64,000 nt of DNA from Rariglobus sp. (GTDB lineage: Bacteria; Verrucomicrobiota; Verrucomicrobiia; Opitutales; Opitutaceae): NCBI GenBank assembly GCA_029266495.1, contig JAQSWS010000032.1:1089-65088 (forward strand). The letters are read 5' to 3'. Every line of letters begins with the position of its first letter. Position 1 is the first letter of the stretch. Both the position numbers and the translations under genes were made by a program. Positions 45,435 to 55,663 of this stretch are shown piece by piece. Under the pieces are notes generated by a model. That model was not told the origin of the DNA. It saw only the letters and a list, made by a program, of their open reading frames with translations, and did no database searches.

Positions 45435-45672
45435 ATGGCTCCTTTCGTCAGCAGCGGAACCGGAATCCTGGAGAATTTTTAATCCATTCAAACATGAAGA
45501 CCATGAGAACCCGGCTGGACCCGGATGTGTCATAGTCCCGCCCGCCCTTGCTTTGTTCGCTGGGACCGGTGGAACGTCCCGCAACTCCGTTTTCCGGTCT
45601 GCTGATCCCGGGGAAAATCCGGGATACAGGTAGGGTCATTGCGCGTAACGAGGGACTGGGCTAGACTCGGAC

Positions 45673-46179
45673 ATGAGCAAGGCATTCATTCGCGAAGACG
45701 ACATCGGGGAGGAACGGGTGGTTCGCCGCCCGGTGTCCTCCCTTCCGCCCGGTGAACAGAATTATCTCACCCCGGCCGGCGCGCATCGGTTGCGTGAGGC
45801 GGTGGCCGAGTTGAAGCATGAACGCATCGCGCTGGCGTCGCCGCCGGTTTCGGCGGATGCAAGGCGGGAGCTGCAGGAAATCGACCACCGGGTGCGCTAC
45901 CTCGAGGAAAGCCTTCGCACCGCCGAGATCGTCCAGGTGCCCCCGCCGCCGTGGACCATTGTTCGCTTCGGCGCCATCGTGGTGGTGCGAGACAGCGAGG
46001 GCGAAGAGGCCCGTTATCGCATCGTCGGCGTGGATGAAGCCGATCTCTTTCCGGACTCGGTGAGCTGGCGCTCGCCCATCGGCCGGGCGCTGCTCCTCGC
46101 CAGGGTGGGTCAACGTGTGACGTTTGAATCCCCGCGCGGTCGCGTGCGGCTGGAGATTCTCTCGATATCGTATGCGTGA
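45673..46179 (+). CDS. GreA/GreB family elongation-factor-like protein
   Basis: MSKAF...NYLTPAG, VRFGA, YRIVGVDEAD, SWRSPIGRALL. Confidence 0.88.
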   Translation: MSKAFIREDDIGEERVVRRPVSSLPPGEQNYLTPAGAHRLREAVAELKHERIALASPPVSADARRELQEIDHRVRYLEESLRTAEIVQVPPPPWTIVRFGAIVVVRDSEGEEARYRIVGVDEADLFPDSVSWRSPIGRALLLARVGQRVTFESPRGRVRLEILSISYA

Positions 46180-46206
46180 ACCGGATACTCGAGGCGCACG
46201 GCTTGA

Positions 46207-46953
46207 TCATCGGCGCGCGGAGGAGCGGAGCCGGCGCGCCTCATGCTTCCTGGCGAAAAAACGTTCCCAACCGCCAATGGGCTCGGAGAGGGGCGTGGGC
46301 CGGCCGGGCGCGTTTTCCTCCGCCATCATCCTGCGCCGCAGCCGGTGGAAGGCCACGGAGCACGCCACGGTAATCGCCGCAAAATAGATCGCGAAGCCGG
46401 CCAGACGCAGCGGCGTAAGGTGATCGGCGATGTCGCCAAACGTGACTCCAACCACCGACCGGGCCACCGTGATCGGAAGCCCCCAACGCAAAAACGTGCC
46501 GAGCGGCACGCCGATGAGCGGCAGCACATAAATCTGCGCAAAGTAGGGCACGCCCGGCAGCAGCATGGTAAACAGCGTCACCGGGGTGTGCGTGCCGTTG
46601 GGCAGACGCTTGCGCAAGGGCTCCAGTTTGCGTGCAAAAAAACCCGGAGCCAGCTTCACGAGTCCATGAGCGGCGAGAAAATGCAGGACGGTTGCCAGGG
46701 CGACCCAGACACAACCAGGTCCGAGGCCGAAATGCAGGCCCGCCACCGCATGCACCACCGTCACTGGAAATCCGACCAGCGGCAGCACCACGATCGCGGC
46801 AAACACCAGAAAGCCATTCAAGGCCTCCGCCCGCCGGTGCACGGCCTCCACGTCGATGTGACGGTAAACCAGCATTACGCCCACCACAGCGGCCGCACCC
46901 AGGCCGATCAGCAGGTATTGCTTCGGCGTAAGGCGCCGCAGGCGGGAAAGCAT
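46207..46953 (-). CDS. VTT/DedA (TVP38/TMEM64) family membrane protein
   Basis: LPLVGFPVT, MLLPGVPYFAQIY. Confidence 0.78.
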   Translation of the reverse strand: MLSRLRRLTPKQYLLIGLGAAAVVGVMLVYRHIDVEAVHRRAEALNGFLVFAAIVVLPLVGFPVTVVHAVAGLHFGLGPGCVWVALATVLHFLAAHGLVKLAPGFFARKLEPLRKRLPNGTHTPVTLFTMLLPGVPYFAQIYVLPLIGVPLGTFLRWGLPITVARSVVGVTFGDIADHLTPLRLAGFAIYFAAITVACSVAFHRLRRRMMAEENAPGRPTPLSEPIGGWERFFARKHEARRLRSSARR

Positions 46954-47066
46954 GACATCATGGACTCCGTTCCCCGCCAACGGTTCGGTGGCAGGACGGT
47001 CAAAACGAATATCGCCCCCGGCCCCACGCGCATCCATCCTCACTGCTTCCGAAATGCAATCGCCCC

Positions 47067-47621
47067 TTGATCATGACTCTGCGCATCCCGCTCGATGAGA
47101 ACGAGCGGCGGATTCTCGCCACCTTTGTCATCACCTATGGGCTGAGCATCGTCACGTGGGCGTTCTTGCATGATCTCCATCTGATCAGCGTCGAACCGCG
47201 GCACTTCACCGAGTATCACCGGCCCTTGCTGCCGCTTTCGAATCACGGGTTGCTCGCGTTGCAATACGCCACGGTGGCCACGCTGGGCCCCGGGATGGCC
47301 TTCGGTGCGGTCACCTTCGCGGTGTGCCGGCTGGGTTCATGGCCGCGCATCGGCGCGGGTCCGGCGTGGCGGACCTTCCTGCCGTTCGTCGCCGCGATCG
47401 AGATCAGCGCGCTCCTGACCGGTGCCCTCGCCCGCTCGCGTCATGCGGCGGGATTGTCCCTGCCCTATCCGGAGATGCTCTACCCCGACACGACCGCGGG
47501 TATCGCCTACAGCCAGTCGGTGAACATCACCGCCTACCTGGCCGCGGTGATTTTTGGCGCCGGCTATCAACTCACGTTGTTGATCCGCCGCAGGCTCGCG
47601 ACGGCACGAACCAGGAAATAA
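47067..47621 (+). CDS. Hypothetical membrane protein
   Basis: Four hydrophobic segments; no recognisable family. Confidence 0.65.
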   Translation: MIMTLRIPLDENERRILATFVITYGLSIVTWAFLHDLHLISVEPRHFTEYHRPLLPLSNHGLLALQYATVATLGPGMAFGAVTFAVCRLGSWPRIGAGPAWRTFLPFVAAIEISALLTGALARSRHAAGLSLPYPEMLYPDTTAGIAYSQSVNITAYLAAVIFGAGYQLTLLIRRRLATARTRK

Positions 47622-47654
47622 CCAGGCCGCTGGACCGCGCCGCCGCTTGCCGTG

Positions 47655-47689
47655 AAAAAGCCGGAGGCGGAACGATCCGCCTCCGGCTT
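47655..47689 (-). terminator. Rho-independent terminator
   Basis: AAAAAGCCGGAGGCGG-aacgat-CCGCCTCCGGCTT between convergent genes. Confidence 0.8.
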
Positions 47690-47713
47690 GCGATGCGTTG
47701 ACTGCGACAGGGA

Positions 47714-49612
47714 TTACGGCAGCACGAGTTGGAAACGAACGGCGTCCGCAATCACGTGGCCGGTCGTGCCGGTGTTGGACAGCATGACCTTGCCGCCGGT
47801 GCCGGCGTTGAACGGATAGGTGCCCAGCAATTGCCAGGAGCCGCCGTTGACCTGCTGATTTTTATACACGGGGACGGTGCCGGCATTGTAGGTGATGTTA
47901 TACGGCACGTTGTTCGAACGACTGACGTCGGCGGTCCAGCGGGCATAGACATTGTAGGTCCCGGCCACGGGCAGGTTGGGGGTGAACGTGGCGGTCTTGG
48001 ATCCTTTGCCGGTGTTGTCGTCGTGAATGTAATTCACGCCTTGGAAGCCGGCGATGCCCGTGCTGTGGGGCCAGGTGCCGACTTTGACGCAGTTGGCGTT
48101 GTCCACGATGATTTCGCCGGCGATCGGCGTGAAGCGAACGGCGTCGGCAATCACATGGCCGTTGGTGCCGGTCGTGCGGATCTTCACGGATGCATTGGTC
48201 TTCGAGAGCGCGTAGGTGCCGAGCAACCTCCAGGTGCCTCCGTTGACGGTCTGGTCGACGGTCACGGTGGCGGTGGCTCCATTGGCCTTCACGATGTCGA
48301 CCGGGACGTTCGTCGCGCGGCCGGCGCCGGAAGTCCAGCGCAGGTAGACATTGTAGGTGCCGCTCTCGCTCAGGGCCGGTGTGAACTGGACGGACTTGGA
48401 GCCCTTGTTGGTGTTGTTGTCATGAAGATAACCGCTGCCGTTGTAACCGGCCACGCCGGTGCTGTTGATCCAGCCGTCGGCGCCGGGAACGACGGTGATG
48501 CCGGAGGTGTCCTCGCTGTCCTTCACCGGTTCGCTCCGCAGGTAGACGCGACTGTAGTCCCAGTCGTAATATTTGCCGGCGAGCGCGGAGGCGGCCAGGG
48601 GGAAGTTATTGTTCGCGACCGTGCGACTGCCCCAGGTGCCGTCGAAGATGAAACTCATGTTGATGGGTTCATCGGTGGGCTCGGCGCCAAAGGTCCAGTG
48701 AAGCGTGCCGCTCTGCACCTCGATGCCGTCCACGTAGGCGCTGTAGGTGTTGTCCTTGCGATAAAGCCAGGTCCACGTGTGCCAGTTGGAGGCCAGGTAA
48801 GGTGGCGGCGTGCCGTAGGCGGGGATGCCGCGGGACTGCATGGCGTTGGCCCAGTTGGAGTGATAATCCGTGGTGGCGGTGCCGCCGACCACGCTGGAGT
48901 GCCAATACCGGCCGTCGTAATTCGTGCCGCCTCCGATCGCGGTGTTGTCGTAGCCAAACGTTTCGATGAGGTCGTATTCGGCTCCCTTCGGAACGTTATT
49001 TTCCATCGCCCACTTGTTCCCGGCCGTCCAGAGCGCGAACCAGAAATAAGGCGGGGTCACATAACGCACCCGCGTCTCCCACAGGATGTCCTGCCCCAGG
49101 AGCGAACCGCCTCGCGGCAGCGTCCACTTGGCCTGGAACGAACCGCTGCCGGTGTTCATCGCGGCCGGGGTCAGCGTCGTCGCGCCGTTCAGCGGCACCA
49201 GATAGGTGCGCAGCGCGTCCGTCTGGAATGCACGGACCGGCGTGGCGGTGTTGACGCCCTCGACCGGCTGGCCGGACAACGCATTGGTGGTGTCCGGAGC
49301 GACGATCTTTGCTCCATAGTTCCCGTTGGCGATGGTCCCGAACTGGTCGTGATACTGGAAGTGCGAACTCATGGTCGTGATATTGGTGACCGTGCTGCTC
49401 GCGCTGGTGCCGAAATTCCAGTTCTTGACCAGGGCCCATCCGGAGCCGCCCACGGAGTTGGCGGGAGCCGGGCCGTCCGCCGGACTGGCGATGGTGCCTC
49501 CGCCGATCGTTTCGGCCGAGACCAACGCGGGGGCGATCAGGGTGGAAAAACCGACGGAATACGCGACCTTCGAGGACAAGGCGCGGCGTAGTTGAATCAA
49601 CAATACAGACAT
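47714..49612 (-). CDS. Secreted GH16-like beta-jelly-roll protein with two C-terminal golvesin/Xly-CBD-like modules
   Basis: WFALW...AEYDLIETFG (ExDxxE-like), WHTWTWLY...AYVDG; two repeats of YNVY.RWT...R.TNV....VDQ.VNGG.W.LLGTY...GHVIADAVRF. Confidence 0.75.
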   Translation of the reverse strand: MSVLLIQLRRALSSKVAYSVGFSTLIAPALVSAETIGGGTIASPADGPAPANSVGGSGWALVKNWNFGTSASSTVTNITTMSSHFQYHDQFGTIANGNYGAKIVAPDTTNALSGQPVEGVNTATPVRAFQTDALRTYLVPLNGATTLTPAAMNTGSGSFQAKWTLPRGGSLLGQDILWETRVRYVTPPYFWFALWTAGNKWAMENNVPKGAEYDLIETFGYDNTAIGGGTNYDGRYWHSSVVGGTATTDYHSNWANAMQSRGIPAYGTPPPYLASNWHTWTWLYRKDNTYSAYVDGIEVQSGTLHWTFGAEPTDEPINMSFIFDGTWGSRTVANNNFPLAASALAGKYYDWDYSRVYLRSEPVKDSEDTSGITVVPGADGWINSTGVAGYNGSGYLHDNNTNKGSKSVQFTPALSESGTYNVYLRWTSGAGRATNVPVDIVKANGATATVTVDQTVNGGTWRLLGTYALSKTNASVKIRTTGTNGHVIADAVRFTPIAGEIIVDNANCVKVGTWPHSTGIAGFQGVNYIHDDNTGKGSKTATFTPNLPVAGTYNVYARWTADVSRSNNVPYNITYNAGTVPVYKNQQVNGGSWQLLGTYPFNAGTGGKVMLSNTGTTGHVIADAVRFQLVLP

Positions 49613-49774
49613 GGTGTGTCCTGGGGTTTGGGGTTTACTGCAAACGAACCGACGGCCCCGACCAAAGCATCCGCGCGCAAATGCAAAAGGCCGGCGATGC
49701 CCAACTGTTTATCATGCGCCAGCCCGATGGACACGATGTCCCCGTCGTTTTTCGCCGGGGAACCGGATGAAAAA

Positions 49775-50509
49775 TCAGCGTCTCGGCGGACGCGGCGGTT
49801 CCTTGCGCTTTGGCAGGGCACCCGCGGACTCCGCCGCCGCCTTGTCTCCGACGTAGATCACGTAGGCGCTGCGTTTGGCGGTCGGGAAAAGCCGGGCGGG
49901 AATGGCCTGTGCGATGAAACCCGCCGCGCGCAGGCGTTTTTCAAAGGTGTGGTCGGGACTCGCGGACCAGATCGCCAGCCGTCCGCCGGGGCGGAGCTTT
50001 GACTTGATCATGTCCAGCCCGCGCGGCCCGTAGAGACGGACGTTGCCGGCCTGCACCATTGGGACCGGGCCGTTGTCCACATCGAGGAGAATGGCTTCGT
50101 AGGAATTCGGGCGGGCCTTTGCGATCGTGTCCACCACGTCGCCAAGGCGCACCTGCACGCGCGGGTCATCCAGGAGGTGGCCGTTGAGTTTGGCCATGAA
50201 GGTGCGGTTCCACTCGATGACCTCGGGCATGAGTTCACCGACCTCGACGACGGCCTTGGGACCGGCCTTCGCAAGCACGGCCTTGAGGGTGTAGCCAAGC
50301 CCCATGCCGCCGATCAGAACGCGGGTCGGAGCCTTCGTGTCGACCAAGGCGTGCGAGAGCTCGCCGAGCAGCACCTCGGAGGCACTCGTGGAGGAGTGCA
50401 TGAGATCCTGGCCGTTGAGGCGAACGCAGTAGCTGCCATCGTGTTCGTGGAGCGACAGACGGGCGCCGTCGGGCGTGCGCGTTTCAGCCAGGTTGTAATG
50501 AGGTTTCAT
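49775..50509 (-). CDS. Spermidine-synthase-like SAM methyltransferase
   Basis: [24 protein letters not shown]. Confidence 0.8.
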   Translation of the reverse strand: MKPHYNLAETRTPDGARLSLHEHDGSYCVRLNGQDLMHSSTSASEVLLGELSHALVDTKAPTRVLIGGMGLGYTLKAVLAKAGPKAVVEVGELMPEVIEWNRTFMAKLNGHLLDDPRVQVRLGDVVDTIAKARPNSYEAILLDVDNGPVPMVQAGNVRLYGPRGLDMIKSKLRPGGRLAIWSASPDHTFEKRLRAAGFIAQAIPARLFPTAKRSAYVIYVGDKAAAESAGALPKRKEPPRPPRR

Positions 50510-50592
50510 CGAAGAAGAGGCCGACGATGCGGTGCAGACGGCGGCACGCAAGACAGGGAACAGGCGGGCGGTTGCAGGGTCGGGAAGGAAAC

Positions 50593-50994
50593 ATGCGTCG
50601 TCCCATCGTAGCCGTTTTACTCGCACTTGGCGTCCTGGCTTCACTGCCCGGCGGTTGCGTCTCACGGACCGAAACGAGAAAAAACCTGAGCGTTTTCATG
50701 CCGGGCGTGACCCGCGCGGCGGTGATCGACGAACTCGGCACTCCCGTTTCGACCACCACCAGCCGGGCGGGAACCACGGTGGACATCTTCACCTTCGTGC
50801 AAGGCACGGCCGAGAGCAAAAAGGCCCCGCGTCCGGTCGAACCCGAGCAGGCGGAAGCCACCGAGGTGCTGGCGTTGCTGGATCAGTCCGGCAAATCGCC
50901 AACGAAACTGCTCACCGGCAAGAAGCTGACCGTCCAGGTCAACTACGATGCCGAAGAACGGGTGCGCGACACGGTGCTGCTGCGCATGGAATGA
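50593..50994 (+). CDS. Hypothetical lipoprotein
   Basis: Signal peptide ending PGGC; [12 protein letters not shown] (SmpA/OmlA-like pattern). Confidence 0.65.
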   Translation: MRRPIVAVLLALGVLASLPGGCVSRTETRKNLSVFMPGVTRAAVIDELGTPVSTTTSRAGTTVDIFTFVQGTAESKKAPRPVEPEQAEATEVLALLDQSGKSPTKLLTGKKLTVQVNYDAEERVRDTVLLRME

Positions 50995-51073
50995 ACGTCG
51001 CTCGGTCGTCGCCGCGAACGCCCGGCGGGAGAAGATTGTTCACCCGCCGGCGCTCACGACTACGTGGACCGGC

Positions 51074-52621
51074 TCAGTGCTTGAAGTGGCGGATGCCGGT
51101 GAAGACCATCGCCATGCCGCGCTCGTCGGCGGCCTTGATGACTTCCTCGTCGCGCACGCTTCCGCCCGGCTGGATGGCGGCGGTCGCACCGGCCTCGGCC
51201 GCGGCGATCAGGCCGTCGGCAAAGGGGAATAATGCCTCCGAGACGACGACGGAGCCTGCGAGATCGAGCTTGGCCTCGCCTGCCTTCCACACGGCGATGC
51301 GCGAGCTGTCCACGCGGGCCATCTGGCCGGCGCCGACCCCGAGCGTCTGCTCGTTCTTCACGTAAACGATGGCGTTCGACTTGACGTGTTTGCACACGCG
51401 CCAGCCGAACATCATCGTGTCCCACTCTTCCGCGGTGGGCTGGCGCTTGGTGACGACTTTGAAGTTGCGAGGATCGCCGAGGAGTTTGTTGCGGTCCTGC
51501 ACGAGCAGGCCGCCGACGACGGAACGCACATCCTGGAGCGAATCGGCGCCCAGGCCCTCCTTCGCGATCATCAGGCGGAGGTTTTTCTTCTTTGCGAAGA
51601 TGGCGAGCGCCTCGTCGCTAAAACGCGGGGCGATGATCACCTCGGTGAAGATGTCCGCGATTTTGGCGGCTAGGCCGGCCTCGAGCGTGCGATTGACGAC
51701 GATGATGCCGCCGAAGGGCGCCTGGCGGTCGGTCGAGTAGGCTTTTTCCCACGCCGTATCCAAATTCTCGGCACTGGCGACGCCGCACGGGTTGGTGTGC
51801 TTGAGGATGGCGAGCGTGGGTTTCTCGAACTCGCCGATGAGGTAGGTGGCGGAGGTGATGTCGAGAATGTTGTTATAGGAGAGTTCCTTGCCCTGAAGCT
51901 GCTGAAAATGGTCGTGGAACGTGCCGTAAAGGGCGGCCTGCTGATGGGGATTTTCGCCGTAGCGAAGGGACTGCGCCTTCTTATAAGAGAGGGTGAGCGT
52001 TTCAGGCAGGCCGCTCAACGCATCGAGATTCGGTTCCTCTGCCTGCGACTCGAGGTAGCGGGCGATCGCGGTGTCGTAGGCTCCGGTGCGCTGGAAGACC
52101 TTGAGCGCGAGTTTGCGGCGGAGGGAGGGCAACGCTGCGGGGTTCGCGAATGCGGCGAGAACGGCATTGTAGTCGTTGTGGTCGACCACGACGGTGACGC
52201 TCTCGTGGTTTTTGGCGGCGCTGCGCAACATCGAGGGACCGCCGATATCGATGTTTTCAATGGCCTCCTCGAAATGGACGTCCTTTTTGGCGACGGTCTG
52301 CTCGAACGGATAGAGGTTCACCACGACGAGATCGATCATGTCGATGCCATGGGCCTTGGCGGCGGCCTGGTGGTCGGCCTTGTCGCGGCGGGCCAGCAGA
52401 CCGCCGTGAATCTTCGGGTGAAGGGTCTTTACGCGCCCTTCCATCATCTCGGGGAAGCCGGTGTGCTGGCTGACCTCGGTGACGGGCAGGCCTTTTTCCG
52501 CAAGGAGTTTGGCGGTGCCCCCGGTCGAGAGGAGCTTGTAGCCGTGCTGCTTCACGAGGGCGGTGGCAAAGTCCACCAAGCCTGATTTGTCGCTCACCGA
52601 AAGAAGGGCCAGTTTTTCCAT
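51074..52621 (-). CDS. purH: Bifunctional AICAR transformylase/IMP cyclohydrolase
   Basis: [45 protein letters not shown]. Confidence 0.97.
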   Translation of the reverse strand: MEKLALLSVSDKSGLVDFATALVKQHGYKLLSTGGTAKLLAEKGLPVTEVSQHTGFPEMMEGRVKTLHPKIHGGLLARRDKADHQAAAKAHGIDMIDLVVVNLYPFEQTVAKKDVHFEEAIENIDIGGPSMLRSAAKNHESVTVVVDHNDYNAVLAAFANPAALPSLRRKLALKVFQRTGAYDTAIARYLESQAEEPNLDALSGLPETLTLSYKKAQSLRYGENPHQQAALYGTFHDHFQQLQGKELSYNNILDITSATYLIGEFEKPTLAILKHTNPCGVASAENLDTAWEKAYSTDRQAPFGGIIVVNRTLEAGLAAKIADIFTEVIIAPRFSDEALAIFAKKKNLRLMIAKEGLGADSLQDVRSVVGGLLVQDRNKLLGDPRNFKVVTKRQPTAEEWDTMMFGWRVCKHVKSNAIVYVKNEQTLGVGAGQMARVDSSRIAVWKAGEAKLDLAGSVVVSEALFPFADGLIAAAEAGATAAIQPGGSVRDEEVIKAADERGMAMVFTGIRHFKH

Positions 52622-52687
52622 AAAAGGGCGTTTGTGCGCCCCGGCAAAAGCAGAGGCAAGCCCGCAGTGCGATGACGCCCTCGTCCA

Positions 52688-53137
52688 ATGGTTGCAATGC
52701 GCCCTCCCGTGCGTTGCTTGTTGGCCGTGCCCGCTTCCCTCGCCCTCCCCGGCCTCACCGCCCACCTCGACAAACTCGTGTATCATCACGGGGGAAAAAG
52801 CCTGCCTCCGGACAAGCCCCACGCGTTCGTGTATTTCATCACGATTCACAACGGCTCCGAACACACCGTCACCCTGCTCGGCCGCAAATGGGTCGTCACC
52901 CACGACGACGGCAGCCAGCTCGTGATCGAAGGCGACAAGATCGTCGGCGAGACCCCTCGTCTCGCCCCCGGCGAACAATTTTCCTACAACAGCTACCATG
53001 TCACCGCCGGCCCCGCGCATTCGTGCGGGAGTTTTCACGGCGTCGACGATCTGGGGCGCCACATCCACGTGATCCTGCCGGGCTTCGACATGCAGATCCC
53101 GTATGGCCTCGGCGGCACCGGTCCCTGTGACGTGTAG
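52688..53137 (+). CDS. apaG: ApaG domain protein
   Basis: [42 protein letters not shown]. Confidence 0.82.
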   Translation: MVAMRPPVRCLLAVPASLALPGLTAHLDKLVYHHGGKSLPPDKPHAFVYFITIHNGSEHTVTLLGRKWVVTHDDGSQLVIEGDKIVGETPRLAPGEQFSYNSYHVTAGPAHSCGSFHGVDDLGRHIHVILPGFDMQIPYGLGGTGPCDV

Positions 53138-53259
53138 CCGCCCCGCGCAGCCCCTCGTCGCGAACACTTTCACCCCGGCGCCATTCGATGCGATCCGTCA
53201 CCCCGTCAAAGTTGCGCTTGCGCCCACTGAAGGCGTTTGTCTGTCTGACCGTTTATTAA

Positions 53260-54618
53260 ATGAAGTTAATTGATTTGAATCCTGAGGGTGGCATCGGTGC
53301 CAACTCCATGTTCGTGCAGATCGGAGACCTGAAAATCCTGATCGACTGCGGGCTCAACCCCAAACTGGCCGGCCGCGCCGCCACTCCCAAGCTCGACCTT
53401 ATCCGCGATGTCGAACTCGATCTCATCCTGATCACCCACTGCCACTTGGACCACATCGGCAGTCTTCCGGTCGTGATGATGCAGCACCCGAACACACCGG
53501 TCATCATGACCCAGTCGAGCCGCATGCTGATCGAACGCATGCTGCACAACTCGGCCAATGTGATGATGCGCCAGAAGGAGGAGGCGAACATCCCCGACTA
53601 CCCCCTCTTCACGCACAACGACATTGATCGCATCGCCGGTCGCATCATCGGCCTGCCCTTCGGCCAGATCAAAAAATTCCGCAGCAAGACGGACGAGGTC
53701 GAGCTTCTCTTCCACCGCGCAGGCCATGTCGCCGGCGCCGGCGCGATCGAGATCCATCACAAACACCGTCACTTCTTCTTTAGCGGCGACGTGTTGTTCG
53801 AGAACCAGCGCACCCTCCAGGGCGCGCAATTCCCCGCCGGCCAGTTCGAAACAATCGTGATCGAGACCACCCGCGGCACCACTGAGCGCGCCGCCGGCAA
53901 GGAGCGTCTCAACGAGGTCAATCGCCTCATCGCCTCCATCAACGACACCATCAACCGCGGCGGTTCGTTCCTCATTCCCGTCTTCGCGCTCGGCCGCATG
54001 CAGGAGGTCCTTTCGATCATCCACGACGCGCGCAAGTTCGGCCGCCTCGTCAACTGCCCGATTTTCTGCGCCGGCCTTGGCATGGACCTCGCCGACTACT
54101 TCGACGAGATTTCGCGCAAGACCAAGGACGTGCAGTTCAGCCGTTCCGTCATCAAAGAGCTCAATGTCCAGCCCGCGCCCCGCAAACTCGTGGCCGGCGA
54201 GGACCCGAAGCAAAACGCCCTCTACATCATCAGCTCCGGCATGCTCGTCGAGCGCACGCCCAGCTACACGCTCGCCTCCGGCCTGATCGCCCACGCACGC
54301 AACACGATCGGCTTCGTGGGCTACTGCGATCCCGACACACCCGGCGGCCAGCTTCTCCAGACGAAGACCGGCGAGGAGTTTCTCTTCGCGACGGCCAACG
54401 TCACGGCCAAGCTCAACGCCCGCGTCGAACGCTACGAGCTGAGCGGCCACGCCGACCGCGAGGAACTCTTGGAATTCGCGATCCAGACGCAGGCCCGCAG
54501 CGTGATCCTCACGCACGGCGACCCGGCCGGCCGCGCCTGGTTCCTGGAGCAACTCACCGAGAAGATGCCCGGCAGCAAGATCATCGATCCCGTGCCGCTC
54601 CAGACCTACGAGGTCTGA
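53260..54618 (+). CDS. MBL-fold beta-CASP ribonuclease (CPSF73/Ysh1-like)
   Basis: THCHLDH, AGHVAGA, SGD, PVFALGRMQE, LSGHAD, LTHG. Confidence 0.88.
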   Translation: MKLIDLNPEGGIGANSMFVQIGDLKILIDCGLNPKLAGRAATPKLDLIRDVELDLILITHCHLDHIGSLPVVMMQHPNTPVIMTQSSRMLIERMLHNSANVMMRQKEEANIPDYPLFTHNDIDRIAGRIIGLPFGQIKKFRSKTDEVELLFHRAGHVAGAGAIEIHHKHRHFFFSGDVLFENQRTLQGAQFPAGQFETIVIETTRGTTERAAGKERLNEVNRLIASINDTINRGGSFLIPVFALGRMQEVLSIIHDARKFGRLVNCPIFCAGLGMDLADYFDEISRKTKDVQFSRSVIKELNVQPAPRKLVAGEDPKQNALYIISSGMLVERTPSYTLASGLIAHARNTIGFVGYCDPDTPGGQLLQTKTGEEFLFATANVTAKLNARVERYELSGHADREELLEFAIQTQARSVILTHGDPAGRAWFLEQLTEKMPGSKIIDPVPLQTYEV

Positions 54619-54649
54619 TCCCGCGTTCGATTCACAAACAAACTGACGC

Positions 54650-54682
54650 AAAAAGGCGCTCCTTCAACGGAGCGCCTTTTTT
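54650..54682. terminator. Bidirectional Rho-independent terminator
   Basis: AAAAAGGCGCTCC-ttcaac-GGAGCGCCTTTTTT between convergent genes. Confidence 0.85.
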
Positions 54683-54716
54683 ATGCAGGTCGCCGGGCGA
54701 AGCCCCTCAATGCACC

Positions 54717-55514
54717 CTACGCCTTCAGCAGCTCCCGCAGGCCCGCACAGGCCGCCGCATTGCCCGCGATAAACTGGATGCGCGGCATCCTGAGGTTAAA
54801 CACCGTCATCGGAAATTGTTCGCCGTTCAGAAACTGCACCTCTCCCCCGCCCGCCCACACCAGCGGCACGGCGGCGGCGATGTCCCAGATGCGCACGTTG
54901 TGATCCACCGTGGCATCGAGCAGACCGACGGCCACGTAGGCCACATGCAGCGTGCTGCTGCCAAGGCCGCGCAACTTGAAGTTCTCCACCAGCGCGGTCG
55001 CATGGTGCGAGAAGGCTTTGTCGTAAGGGCTGTGAAACCCGAGCATGCTCTGCGCATCCGGCGGCGTGGTTTTCACTCGCGCTTCGCGATCGCCGTCCCA
55101 CAGGCCAAAGCCCGGTCCGCCATGCATCAACACCCGCCGCGCCATGTCGTAAACGATGCCATAAACCGGCGTGCCGTTCTCAAGCAGCGCCAGGGAAATC
55201 GCGCAGTAGGGAATGCCCGTGGCATAGTTGTTCGTCCCGTCAATCGGATCGAGCACCCACGCAAAACGCCGCGTAACCGGCATCGGTGCGTCGGTCTCGG
55301 CGAGTTCCTCGCTGAAATAGTGGTCGTCCGAAAACTGCGCCCCAAGCTCCTTGAAAATGTTTTCGGAGATCGCGAGGTCGGCGGCGGTCACCCGCGTTCC
55401 GTCGTATTTCCATGAACTCTGCGCGCGACCGAATTCACGATGCATGAATTCAGTCTGCGCAAGCACGGCGTTTTTACCGGCATCAATGCGGGCAAGCAGT
55501 TCGGAAGACGACAT
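54717..55514 (-). CDS. suhB: Inositol monophosphatase family protein
   Basis: SEE, WVLDPIDGTNNY, WDIAAA. Confidence 0.85.
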   Translation of the reverse strand: MSSSELLARIDAGKNAVLAQTEFMHREFGRAQSSWKYDGTRVTAADLAISENIFKELGAQFSDDHYFSEELAETDAPMPVTRRFAWVLDPIDGTNNYATGIPYCAISLALLENGTPVYGIVYDMARRVLMHGGPGFGLWDGDREARVKTTPPDAQSMLGFHSPYDKAFSHHATALVENFKLRGLGSSTLHVAYVAVGLLDATVDHNVRIWDIAAAVPLVWAGGGEVQFLNGEQFPMTVFNLRMPRIQFIAGNAAACAGLRELLKA

Positions 55515-55633
55515 AGGGGACATGTCATCCCAAGGAACACCCGCCATGGAAAGCCGCGAGTGACGAAACCCAAAAAGCCAGTCCCCTGCATCATCCCACA
55601 ACACGTGTTTCACCTTGCTGAATCCCGGATATG

Positions 55634-55647
55634 TGTTCATCTGAACA
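55634..55647. promoter_or_regulatory. LexA (SOS) box, Verrucomicrobia type
   Basis: Perfect TGTTC-ATCT-GAACA, 16 bp upstream of the lexA ATG. Confidence 0.88.
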
Positions 55648-55663
55648 TATACCACCTGATCCC

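Noticed and set aside
45673-46179. Novel Gre-factor variant
   Set aside because: The MSKAF..NY.T..G short Gre-like type is a widespread family; nothing unusual is visible.
55598-55612. parS-like site (AACACGTGTT)
   Set aside because: It does not match the TGTTTCACGTGAAACA arrangement; only a short palindrome.
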